Positions 15,771-30,999 of a DNA stretch of 64,000 nucleotides are shown piece after piece. The stretch lies in assembly GCF_009914755.1 (NCBI RefSeq), contig NC_060927.1; one strand, given 5' to 3'. The translations under genes and the position numbers were made by a program. The notes under the pieces are model-generated. The model worked only from the letters and a program-made list of their open reading frames with translations. It had not been told where the DNA came from and did no database searches. The stretch is from the human T2T-CHM13v2.0 reference genome, Homo sapiens. Numbering within the stretch: the stretch's first letter is position 1; the number at the start of each line of letters is the position of its first letter.

Positions 15771-16834
15771 ATTCTTTTTTTTTATATTGCTAATTTCTCT
15801 ATCTATGCTTGTTCTCATCTCCTGTCAGCTTTTGCAGATTTTGTGCTACCAATTATACTTGGATTTTCCTGTCTCCCTGCCTTCTTTTATGTTTCTCCTT
15901 AACAAGATTCCATCTCCTTCATTACCCAACTTTGAGACTAGAGACCATGTCTTCATACACTTTATATTCATTTAGTCAGTCCTTTATTGAGTGTCTGTGT
16001 TGTGGCTGCCATCATGGGCTCTTAAGTGATGCCAATACTGCTGGTTCAAGAATCGCATTTGAATAGATAGCTTCTAGAATATTCTAGGATACTGGGGACA
16101 GGTGAAGGTTAGATTACTAAATATTTCCTCATCTAATACAAATAATATATGTAATTTCATGTAAACATACAAAATATTAAAATTTATATTTATCAAGAAG
16201 GCAGATTATACTGCAGGTGATCAGAACTAAATTTTTATGTACATATATATGGTTATTCAATTCATAAATGTTTTTATAAAACATGGGAATATCTGAGATA
16301 CACTGAATTTACAAACCTTGGAGAGACCACCTATATGGATTCTTCAATCAGGAGCACGTTCATATTTAGCCTATCTGTTAGCTTATCACAATTGACAGAG
16401 ATGCTTTGGTTGTGAGTTTGGAATATGAACATAAATGTGGTTGATGGAGAGACAAAATAAAGGATTTTTCTTAATGAGAATATAGAAAAATAGATGGATT
16501 TACCTAATTAATATTACTCACGTGTTTAAACAGAATACACACAATTAGAATAAGATTTAAAGAAATAAGACTTCGTATTGTAAATAGAGATCTTATTATT
16601 AATATTTACTAAATTCCTTTTTAATCGAACTCTAGGATTTTGAATCTTAGCACTTCTTATAGTCTTCCAGAAGACTTTTTACTTTTCTCATTCTATTGTT
16701 TAATCCTTTTATTACAGAGTACCAATTACTTTTAAAATGGCAGAAAAAGAAAGTTTTGCAGTGGTGTGAGGGCACCTTTCTTGATGAATCATCATGATAA
16801 CATTTTAAGTAGACAAAGGCTATTTGTTTTCTGA

Positions 16835-17190
<356 letters not shown>

Positions 17191-17824
17191 TTCTTATTTA
17201 TATCTTCTCTTAAATAGCTATCCAGTAAACTAGCATTATCAGCTCACAAGATAATTTAGACATTTCTTTCTATGAAGTTTGAGATTAAAATTACATACAT
17301 ATACACATGTATCTATTTCATAGCATAATTTTAAGAGCACACTTTAAAAAAATAACAAAATAATTAAACAACCAAAAGGTAGTGTGTAAGCTACAAAAAA
17401 TGTCTTCAAATCAATTCCTGCATTTGGAAAAATCCCAAATGTTAACTAGTCAAAACTTCTGATGATTCACAAATTGATATTCTATTAAAATTCAGTCATA
17501 AGAATGAACATTTGCATTAGAAAAAAAATCAATATTCAAGGCCCAGGTAGCCTAGGCTATTTTTAATGTTTGCCTTAATATAATTATCTTTATTGACTAT
17601 GACAGTTATTTTATGGTATCTAGAAAAATAGTCTGCATAAACAATAATGCAATAAATATCTTTATATATATGAATGTATCTGATAATTTTCATAATAAAA
17701 ATTCCTTTGTTGTTCAGAAGATAGGCACTTTTTATAAGGTTTTAGTTATCACTAACAACATGCTTCCTCTCAAATTTGTATTTGGATGGTAAATGTCAGT
17801 TTCTCTAAACCCTGAGTAGGTTCA

Positions 17825-20517
<2,693 letters not shown>

Positions 20518-20519
20518 AA

Positions 20520-20765
20520 ATACCTTATTTTCACAGAGATACCTTCTCCAACTCCTCAGAATGGGTTTAGTCCCCTTGGTACAAGCTCCCAAGATATCCT
20601 GGGCTTATGCTTCACAACACTGAGCCCATATAATGGTGTTAATTGAGTAACTGCTTTTATTCTTTGCTAATCTGTGAGCTTCATTAGGAAGGGAACCAGG
20701 TATTATTTACTCTGCACTTAACACGTTGCTTGCACATGGTAGACACTAAAAAAATAGCTACTGGG
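20520..20765 (+). mobile_element. L2 3' end
   Basis: 'ctgtgagcttcattaggaagggaaccagg...gcttgcacatggtagacactaaaaaaata'. Confidence 0.55.
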
Positions 20766-20858
20766 TTTTTACAGTAATCAAATGACCGTGTTAGTATCTT
20801 CGAAATTGACATCCTCCAGGTTTTTAAAAATCTTTTTCCAAGATATCTCAGAGTTTTA

Positions 20859-21112
20859 TGTATTTATTTATTTTGTTAATTTTTAGTTTATTTTAAGTTC
20901 CAGATACATGTGCAGGATGTGCAGGTTTGTTACTTAGTGCCATGGTGGTTTGCTGCGCCTATCAACCCATCATCTAGGTATTAAGCCCTGCATGCATCAG
21001 CTATTTATCCTGATGCTCTCCCTCCCCCGGCAGTCCACCAGCAGGTTCCAGTGTGTGTTGTTCCCCTCCATGTGTCAATGTGTTCTCATTGTTCAGCTCC
21101 CACTTACAAGTG
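20859..21112 (-). mobile_element. Short L1PA (about PA8-10) 3' UTR insertion
   Basis: 'atacatgtgcaggatgtgcaggtttgttac...ctaggtattaagccctgcatgcat'. Perfect TSD tatctcagagtttta at 20844-20858 and 21113-21127, at a TT/AAAA site on the minus strand. Confidence 0.92.
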
Positions 21113-21607
21113 TATCTCAGAGTTTTAAACAGGTAATTGGATGACCTCTGAAGGCTTATCTCTCAGACTTTCACAGCATCCAGTAATAATTACTTTGTAA
21201 GAACCTAGCAAATTTTGATAAGCAAACATCTAAATAAAAACAGAACTTTAAGCCCCAGAGACTTTATCTACTTCCCACTTAGAAATTCTTTATCATAATA
21301 CAGTAGTTCTGTTTACTACATACCATTGATGTTACTATTGTTGTTAGCGATATGGAGTAACAGACTTTGTCCAGTTTTGAGAGATGGGAGGAAAATGTGA
21401 AGTGGCAGATAATTATGTATAATTATATATATTAGAATTATATATAAAATAATAATTATAGAATTCTCTACGTATAGAATTTCTATACATAAAATTCTAT
21501 AAATTCTATTTTTATGTTCAGTGTATGTAAAAACATCTCATAGTGTAAAGAATAGATATAGATAGAAGATTTTTATCAAAAGGAAATTGATTTTTCTCTT
21601 TCTTATT

Positions 21608-21702
21608 AAATAAATGCTGAACAATTATTTAAAGAATATTGGTTGGAAAGACTCCAAGTTGTTAGCCTGCCCAGGGCACCCACATACCTTGGTACAGTCA
21701 TG
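21608..21702 (-). mobile_element. Ancient hAT-like DNA transposon terminal fragment (MamRep38-like, tentative)
   Basis: 'aaataaatgctgaacaattatttaaagaatattggtt...ttagcctgcccagggcacccacat' resembles a remembered hAT-Tip100 end. Confidence 0.35.
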
Positions 21703-24329
21703 GTCTTATAATAATAAGGCAGTGTCTGAGTACTCACAGTTTTAAAGTACATGACAGATCCTTACATGGTATCTGCTCACTCATGCTTGATTTAATAATG
21801 CTTGTCATGACCTAGACTTTGAGGTTGCTAAACACTTATGACTCTGTATGTTAAGTCACACTGTAATATTTTTTTCCACAAATATTTTTACAAGAGTAGA
21901 CCTTTCAAGTGGTGAGTAGTTCATTTTGACAACAATCAACTCTATTATCAAGAGTGGATATTCTATTTTTCAATGTTCAGAAGTGATTATTAATTTTTTG
22001 GCCATAAACGTTAAATTCTAGTTCTTGGCAATTTTCCTAGAGACTTAGTAAGAGAAGATCTTACTTTCCCAATTTCCAAAGTATATAAATAAATCTTCAG
22101 GTCTAAAGGAGTAATTTCAATGAAATGTGATACCTTTATTTGTGTGTGAACTCTTAGATGACACAAATTAAGTTGATTTGAGGTTTGTGCTGTGTCAAGC
22201 TATGTATATAATAAATGCTTCCAGAGAATATGAGCTACTGTTCTGATGTTGCCAGAATTTCATTTTTCACAAAAGGGATACATAGTTTTCTAGCTAATGT
22301 TTTCTTCATGAGCACACGTTTCAAGTTCACTTATGTGTGTGCACGTATGTGTGTATGTTTCACCAAACATGTAAGCTTGTTCTTTATACTGACAAGTATA
22401 TGTAGGAATACTTGTTATATGAAATTAGGTACTACAAGACATGTATTAATAATTTGGTTCAGCATATAAATATTAAGTGTAGAGCAACTGGGAAAGAGAA
22501 ATAGCAGACGGCACAAATCACTGAATTTTAATCGACGTCCCCTCCCCTGGCAGTACTTTTAAGTTCCTATATGACATTCACAAAGGGATTTGATGTTAAA
22601 ATATTCAGAGGAAACAATGATCAGGCCAGCTGCAGAAGGTAAAATGCACTTCCTAGTCTTGAAAGACTTATATTTGAATTGCTGTTCACTGTAGTTACAT
22701 AAACTAAAGTTGAATTATATATGAATCACATTGTGTTTATGAATTATATATGTAATTTTATAGACCTTTTGCAACTTATACAGCCTTATTCATAGTATCT
22801 TCTTTTTTCCCCCACAATTAACATGCCATATAGATGTATGTATATGGCATGTTGTGTGTGTGTGTGTGTGCGTGTGAGTGTATTTAACCCTATTTTATAA
22901 ACTAACACTTAAGGATATTGAATGACTAACCTGACCTTACAAGTATTAAGTTCCATATCCAATTACTGGAAGACTAAGAATCTTAGTTAACATCTACTAA
23001 GTAAATATATAAGAATTCTGCAATATGGAAATGAAACAAACCTTCTAGCAAATATTTGCTGAGTACCTACTGTGTGCAAAGCAGTGTGGGAACCTCATTT
23101 TCTCAGGGCTCAGCAGCATGTTCTAAATCCCTTGGGTGTTTTATAGTTGCATTTTCCGTCATTATAAAGGCATGACCCTCTTCTGGGCTTCAAGCCAAAC
23201 ACTGAACAGCATGAGATAATGTGCAAACGCTTATTCTTGACATCTGATAATTTATAAAAACGAAGTTGTACATGAGAAAGATTCCTATAAATATATTTTA
23301 TATAAAATCATTTGTAGAAGATTTTACTTTTTAAATTAAATTATTTGTTTTTCACTTAAAAGATTGTTGATAAATTTGGCCTACTAAGCTGTTACAGACC
23401 AGACATCCCTAGTGTCTGCAATTCTCCCTGGGAATGCTTGTCACTTTGTAGGAATCATATTATCTTTTTGAGGCCACCTGAAGATAGTTTATTAATTTGT
23501 TGGTTTACCAGTCTCTTAATTATCCTGAAAGACTTAACTCCATTTCCAAAGGTGCTACAGGGTGTAGCACTGTAAATCTGATACTTGATGGTAATTTTTA
23601 CATTATATAAATTTCTTTCATGGGAAATTCCATATGCATAACTAGAAGGGAATCCTGACTGGGATTTTTTTTTCTTTTCTTATTATCTTCAATTTAAAGC
23701 ACTTTGCTTCTTTTGCTCGCTGAAGAGAAGAAATAACACATATGAGTTATTGGTAGCAAGATAGGAAAATAGCAACATCAGAAATCTGATAATTAGGAGG
23801 TTTATAATGGCACATATGTGTCATAAACTGCCAATTAATCTTGATGAGAAATGTAATCAACTTTAGTTATGAATAATGCCTCCCTTCAGAAGATTTAGAA
23901 AAATGTCAATGGTCCATACAATTTTTATCTTTGTTTCTGTTTCATTGGACCACTATAGGCACACCCCTTCAGAATGTTTATCTGCAGGCTATAGGTAATG
24001 CTGGTTCTAGTTATTGAGTGTAATCCACACACTTGCTTATTTATACACTATATACAGCATATGTGTACAGCATTTGGTGAATTAATGAGGAAATGTATGT
24101 AATGGAATACATTCTGAGATTCTAAACTGATAGCTCATATGTGTGCTTTAGCGTTTTCAGAAATAGTGTTTTTAATCCCCGTATATTGAATTTACTTCAG
24201 ATTTACATTTTCAACGTCAGTAATTCAAAATCTAACCTAAAAAGAGGAAAAATAGAGTTTGCAAAGCACATATCTTTCTGTTAAAATATTTTGATATTAT
24301 GGAGACCCTTGAAATCTCTTAACCTCCCA

Positions 24330-25735
24330 TCTGCTATCCACACTTGTCTACTGCATTCACAGCCCAAGGTTAAGAAAGACCTGTTTATACCCAAGATTTC
24401 CATGTCCTCTTTTCTCTTTCACCCTTCAACCCACTCCAGTCTGGTTTCACACGAACTCTCCACCAAAATAGACTTTTTCATCACTTGATGTCACCATTCA
24501 TCATCTTTCAGTCCTCTTCATTGGTGATCTCTCAGCAACATTTGACCTCCATTGACCACGTTCTCTTTCCCTTATCTTTTCTTCCTACCATTCCCATTAC
24601 TTCTTTCAGAATTCCCTGCAGGCTTGTCCTCTTAAGTCTATTTCGTGTTGGACTTCCTCAAGACGAAAAACTCCTAAATAAATATTTACAATTAAGGCCT
24701 CAAATCTAAAGAGCAGATCCAGAGATTTCAGAGCCTGTTTGATATCTTCAGTTGACTCTCTCATGGACACCTCAAGTTTAACAAGTCTATAATTGAACAA
24801 AATATGCCCTTCCCCCACCCCTTGCCCCCGCCACACACACATGGACTCCTTCACATCCAGACTTCCTCTTCCATTCTGTGTCTCTGTAAATGACATCACT
24901 CTTCAACCATTGCTTGAGTCAGGAAACAGAGACTTACTCTGGATGCCCAACTTTTTCATCTTCTTTATTAAGACATCACTTTTAATTTATGAACACCTCC
25001 TTGAATTATCCTAGTTCCAGTTTCCACTGCTGTAACCTGAATTCAAGTCACTTTAACCCCTACCTGGCTTACAGCATTGGCAGATTGTAATGGAGCTCCA
25101 TGCATGGAATCCAGCAGCCATATTGCAACCAAAGCAAACTTTTGAGAACATAGATCTACATCATGCCAGTGCCTTACTTAAAATTCTGCATTGGCTTCCT
25201 ATAATTCTTTAATTAGTGACCATGTGTTTAATATAGCCCATAATGCCCTTTAGAATTTAATATCTGCCTCCTCTCCAGAGAATTCTGATATTCTGCACCA
25301 CTCTTCTCCTAAGGGTCTTTCAGTATATCAAGCTCCTTGGTATACTGTTCCTTGGTATACTTGGAATATTACCTCCACCTTGAAAGTTCTCTGCATCCAT
25401 TGTACCTTACCTCATCTCCCATTACCTAAACTATTCTTCAAAGCTTGGTGAAAATGTCACTTCCTCAGAAGCCCTTCCTGACCATTCAGGATCTTCTTGT
25501 TATCCTAACTGTCATTGGCAGTCGATTCCTCTCTGTCACTGAATTTAGCACAATTATTAAATAATGACTTAAATAACTACTTGTTTGAAGTCTTTCTCAT
25601 CTGCTATAATAGAGGCTTTATGGGATAAAGAACTATATGTATATTGTTCATTGCTGTACAACACCCAAAATAATAATTTGCCTGTTACAGAATTTGTATG
25701 TATATATGTTTAATGAATGAACAAATGAACAAGTA
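24330..25735 (+). mobile_element. L2 LINE, 3' ~1.4 kb
   Basis: 'tccagtctggtttc', 'gatctctcagcaacatttgac', 'aaatgtcacttcctcagaagcccttcctgacc', and the terminal 'aatgaatgaacaaatgaa'. Confidence 0.8.
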
Positions 25736-27589
25736 ATAATTTCAAGAGCTAATACCACGTATTTCTAAAACCACTAGCATATAGTTGGCACCAGGTAAAT
25801 ATTTATAAATAAATCAACAAATATAATGAAAATATACATTTTTGCTTAGTGTTCCTGATAAACCTTGAACCTTGACCATATTATTAACCATACTTTTTAC
25901 AAAATGGTGTCTGCTGTTTTTTCCTTTGGCAAAAGGAATTTTCTATCCTCTTGAAAACATACTTACGAGAGAAAAGAATTTGGAGTGCTTCTAGTTCGAC
26001 ATACTAAAGGTGAGGGTTGCCATTTTATATCTAGGAAATGTCTTCCTGTTAGAGTCTATATATTTCAGATTTTAACGAAATGAGGTTGAATAAAACTTTC
26101 TGCAACTCTTAGATTTAACTGATTTTACCATTATATTATTTTAGTTTTTTTTAACTGTCAAGATTTCTTGGGCAAATTCATAGTCCTTTGCTGAATTGTA
26201 ACATTTCCCTTAATTATGAATTTAGACAACACACCACACTAGTAACTAGCTATAATTGTGACTTCAACAGTTACAGAAAACACAAATATTTCATATCATT
26301 TTACAGTTGTTACAGGCATTTTAAAATATTATTTTTACTCATCCCTGCCTTGAAATTATGGTAGCTATTAAACCTGCTACTATGTTTTGTTACAGAATGT
26401 GCTAAGAGACATATAAATACCCATATTACATTTATTTAAAATATTGTTAACAGTATTACTGGTTCCATCAGAATTCTATATTTGTTTACTTTTAATGAAT
26501 TTTAAAACATTCTGGGACAATGACTTGGTTCACCAGATTGCCAAGAGATCCCTATCACAAAATGATCAAGAACTACAGCATTATGCTATATTTTCAGTTG
26601 TGTCAGTCATTGTGTTTAGTGTTCAGAAAAACTTTTTAAGGAGGAGACTCTAGTTTTTAAAAGAAAGGTCAAAATGAAAAAGAATGTCACAAGTTGTACA
26701 TTTAAACTCAGTTGTAACACTTGGTTTTTCAAATGGTTGTGCAAGTGTCTTGCCTTACTTAATGTGCAGTATTCTTTTTCGTCCTTACTCTTCTTTGCAC
26801 CCAAACCCTTCTCACTTCAGGCTGAAACAGATTTTAATGTAGAGTTGGGTCACTGAACACTTGCTACTTCACACTTCTCTGCAGGAAAATAATTCTTTTG
26901 GATTAAATTTTTTCACTTCTGCTGTAGGGAATAAGTACATGTTTGCTGCTGATGAGAAAGAATTAACCTCAGGTTTATTCTGTTCTGGACCACACAAATC
27001 TATGCTTTTGAATGGAAGGAGGAACCAAGAACCGCCCTTAACATTTTGTCACACTGAGAGTGGAGGAATTGGTCGAGGAATCTTTTCATGGTTTGTAAAG
27101 GACAATCAAATCCATCCAATTAAAATAAAAAAAAATGATAGCACAATTAGCTCTCTCTTCTTAACTGGATTGTTTTGTTTTGGAATGGAAATTTTCATTT
27201 CTCATGGTCATTACTAATGCCCAATAGGAGAAAATATATTTGAATTCTATGATTGCTATTGAAATAATTATGATTTCACTTAGTATGTCCACCATGGTAC
27301 ATGGTCTTCAGCAAATTAGCAAGTAATCATTTGTCTTTGTGATTGTCTTCAGGTAATAGTTATTTATGTAAATGTAGAATTTTTTATATGTTGTATTGAT
27401 GAAATTATTTCAAAATGCAGTACATCTTTCCTTACTTTCCCAAATAGTGTGTGTGTGTGTGTACATATATATTCCTGCCTACATTCTAAAAATGATTTAA
27501 TCGTGACTATAAGTATTACATTATGCTAAATATGGCCCACTTTTCCTGACAGTTGTTAGAATACAAAAAAATGCAAACAGGCATTGGTA

Positions 27590-27790
27590 TTAGGGAAGAC
27601 ATTGGCTTTGAAGCAACATATCTGGGTTTAACTTCTGGCTCCTTTGTTAAACATGCAGTTTTGTGACCCTAGACAATTTATTTAGTTACAGCGCAGTTTA
27701 CTCAACTGTAAAAAGAGGGTGTTAACACTACCTCATACTACCTCATTAATTGAGAGGTACATATCAGGTACCTAATAAATGTTAGTGATA
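27590..27790 (+). mobile_element. MIR SINE
   Basis: 'ggctttgaagcaac..tctgggtttaacttctggctc...tgtgaccctagacaattta...cagtttactcaactgtaaaaagaggg'. Confidence 0.65.
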
Positions 27791-29176
27791 GAATTAGTGT
27801 GTTGTAAATGCTGTCTTCAGGACAACTGAATACTTGGTGTTTTTTCCTATAAAGAAGATCCACTTTAGGGTTCTTTTGTCTACTTTTAGAGGCTAACATA
27901 TCACTGCTAAGAGTATTTGTAACCTGTAACTCCTTTCTTATTTTTGCTTTGGCTTTTTCTTCTTCTCTTTGTAATTTTGGTTCATAATGTTAGTGTTATG
28001 ATTAGCAATTCTTTTGTTTTACAGCCAGGGTTACAAAGGTATTACTACATGTCTCTTCTATTTGATCAATGAGGTAATAAATTAGGTTATGATGCATGTA
28101 ATTATTTTTTCTGACAGATCCTTTTGTGTCTTAGGTGATTTTATGTCATCTAGGGACTTTTCTTTTCCACTTGGTCTTGATTGAGATACCATGAAACTAC
28201 CATGGAAAATAAAATGTAAGCCAGGGAGGCTTTCCTGTGTAATCTTCGCTATCCCTGAGGCTCCCCGTATTATACATCTGCAGGAACATTATTACATCTT
28301 AGAAGTGCCAGGAGAAAATGGGTTGGGGTAGAGGTACGTGACTCTTCCCGTGGAAGTGGTTTTTCCTCTATGGTTGTTCTTCTCTGGAGCCCTCTACTCC
28401 TGCCTTCCCTCTGCTCCTTTTTGGTCTGCTGGTCCTGTGGGTCATTTGCCAGTTTCCTCTGAGTTAGCAACCTTGAGTTTTTGTCCTGCTCATTAAAAAA
28501 GAAGTCCACAGCTCTTCAGTTTGCTCCCCAAGGAATACAGTTCTCCAGTCTTATCGAACTCTCCTCTCCAGGGCTAACAGCCCTAGGGCGAATATGAGGG
28601 AGGCAGACTGTTTCCTAGTAGGGTCGAGCCCAGCCCGAACTCTTTTCTTGGTCCACCTGTTCATTCTAACCCCCTGACTCCACTGCTCCAGCTCAACCAG
28701 CCCATTTGTATCAGGTGTCTTCTCATTTATAATGCAACAATTTTCCATGATAGTCCTGATGTTCTTTTGATATTTTCATGTCAAGTTCCATCATCCCAAG
28801 TCCATCAGAAAGATGGCACCTCTAGAATACATACAAATTTCTTTCATACCGGGTCCATATTTAAGAATATGTTGAAACCTGAAGTTCATTAAATAGTATC
28901 TTATTGTTATAAAGTCTCCTTTTCCACCACCCACCCACTGCCACAAATAAGGCACTAAGTAAAATTCTAACATAACCTATTCAGCTCTAAGTCAAAACTT
29001 GATGCTACAAAGTAAGTATATGTATAACACATCTTGATGTTTTTAACATTTAGATATTTTTAAGGATTTTTAAACTATTTTCATCCCATTTGACGCTTTT
29101 TTCCATATATAGTTCCCATTACTCTTTCTAGATTTGTTTTTATTTTTTCAAATTTTTGATATCAAAAATGTATTTA

Positions 29177-29410
29177 GTTCGTGACCTGCCTGGGTAACAT
29201 GGTGAAACCCCATTTCTGCATAAAATACAAAAATTAGCTGAGCATGGTGGTGTGTGCCTATAGTCTCTACTACTGAGGAGGCTGAGTTGGGAGGGTCACC
29301 TGAGCTTGGGAAGTTGAAGCTCCAATGAGCCATACTGTGAAACTAAACGCTGCACTCTAGCCAGGGTGATGGGAGCGAGACCCTGTCTCAGAAAATAAAT
29401 GAATAAATTA
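29177..29410 (+). mobile_element. 5'-truncated AluJ
   Basis: Starts mid left arm ('agttcgtgacctgcctgggtaacatggtgaaacccc'). Has the J-type 'gagaccctgtctc' and an A-rich tail. Confidence 0.85.
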
Positions 29411-30999
29411 TAAATAGTATTTCTATATTCATGGATTTTAAATGATTTTTTTCACTAGCAAACAATAAGTCAGGATATATAACTAAATAGCATAGTTAGA
29501 TAAGAATAGTGCCAACATGCTTAGATTAATTTGGGAACATCAAAAATTATACCCCATGTGAAATGATAAGGTCCATACACTACGTTTGAATTTTAAAAGT
29601 ATTATTGTATATTTTTTCTATAGAATTATGAATTGATTGTTTTGATATCTTTTGCACCAACAAGTTAATTTCAGGAGAGTAGGTTTGCTTGTAAACTATG
29701 AGAAATATCCAATTTCAATGGATGTGAAGGAGATAAGCACATGGAGTATGCTTCAGTGCACAGAACAGCAGTTTTAGTCACAGGAATAGATTTGATAGGA
29801 ATCACATTTGGCTGTAACAAGAATCTACATATGGAACAATGTACAGGGTAAATTCTCCACTTGCAGGATCAAAATGTAAGGTGGATTTAAATATCTTCCA
29901 AATTTTGGAACTCCACATAACACAATTTTTCTTTCTGTTTGTGAATAGAGAAGAAGCCTGCTGGAGAACAAGTAGAGAAACTGAGACTCCAACTCTTTCT
30001 TTAAATTTGGTTCCCTTATTCAATGTGATGATTGATATCACTCACCTGCCATTTAACTTAATACTGCACTCTTGGCAAGGGTTAGTCTCCATTAGGCTCA
30101 GCAGGTGATATCATCACTGTCTGTATGATTAAATGACACTTAGTAATATGGATTTCCCAAATTGTGTAGTATCTTCCTAGTATGTCATCACTATCCCCAT
30201 TTTATAGCCAGAACACAGGTGAATTTGGCTCTGCAGTGAAAGGTTCAGGTAGATAAATACGAGAATGGGAGGTTTTCATTTGCTATTGGCATTGTTTAAC
30301 ATGCCTAAAAAATTGTTTTATTGCCCAGATGTTGGAAATGTATTAATTATCGTATTGGCTCTTGGGCCTAGTTCTTGCAAGAATGATAGTAGATGCCAGA
30401 AGCTAAATAAACCTTTTGTCATACTGCTGAATAAAGGATTGTTTGTGCTCTCCAGTTGATAAATTATCTTTGTGCCTTGTCGTTATAAAAAGAAACTCAT
30501 CTTGTTCACTAGTCTGACAGGAGATGAGAAGGCCCTAGAGAGAGCACAGAGAGTTTTTCCTTTCACAAATCACATGTAGGATGTATGCTGTGGGTCCTGT
30601 CTGGAAATGAATGTGGAAAGAATCCAGGATGAAGCATACAATTTTCATTGTTACTACTTGGTATATGATAGATTATTACAAATTCGCGAGATTAAGGTTT
30701 TCCTTTTACTCATACTGACTTATCTTAAATCTAGGAACCAATTCTAGCACGGACAAATGTTCTTTTGTGCATAGTTGAGAAAGAAAAGGATAGTTTAAAT
30801 TTCAGTGCAGCTAAGATAATATCAGTAATTTTATGGTTATTCTATGAGTTTATGACAGGGATTTATGGAAGCATTTGATATGAAGGCTTATCATTTAGTA
30901 TTGAAGAGAAAAAGCCCAGCTATTCCTTTAGACCAGTGTTTCTGCTAAACAAAATGCACTGAAACTTGCAAACGACAAGTTGTTTTTGTTTTTGTTAGT

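Noticed and set aside
16074-16087. 14-bp palindrome ctagaatattctag
   Set aside because: Isolated and plausible by chance in AT-rich DNA.
25344-25371. Short tandem duplicate 'tccttggtatact'
   Set aside because: Ordinary slippage duplication within L2.
26861-27217. 118-aa ORF in unique DNA
   Set aside because: Non-ATG start, no recognisable domain and no convincing splice signals.
30025-30117. C/D box snoRNA (RTGATGA present on both strands)
   Set aside because: No suitably placed terminal CTGA D box on either strand.
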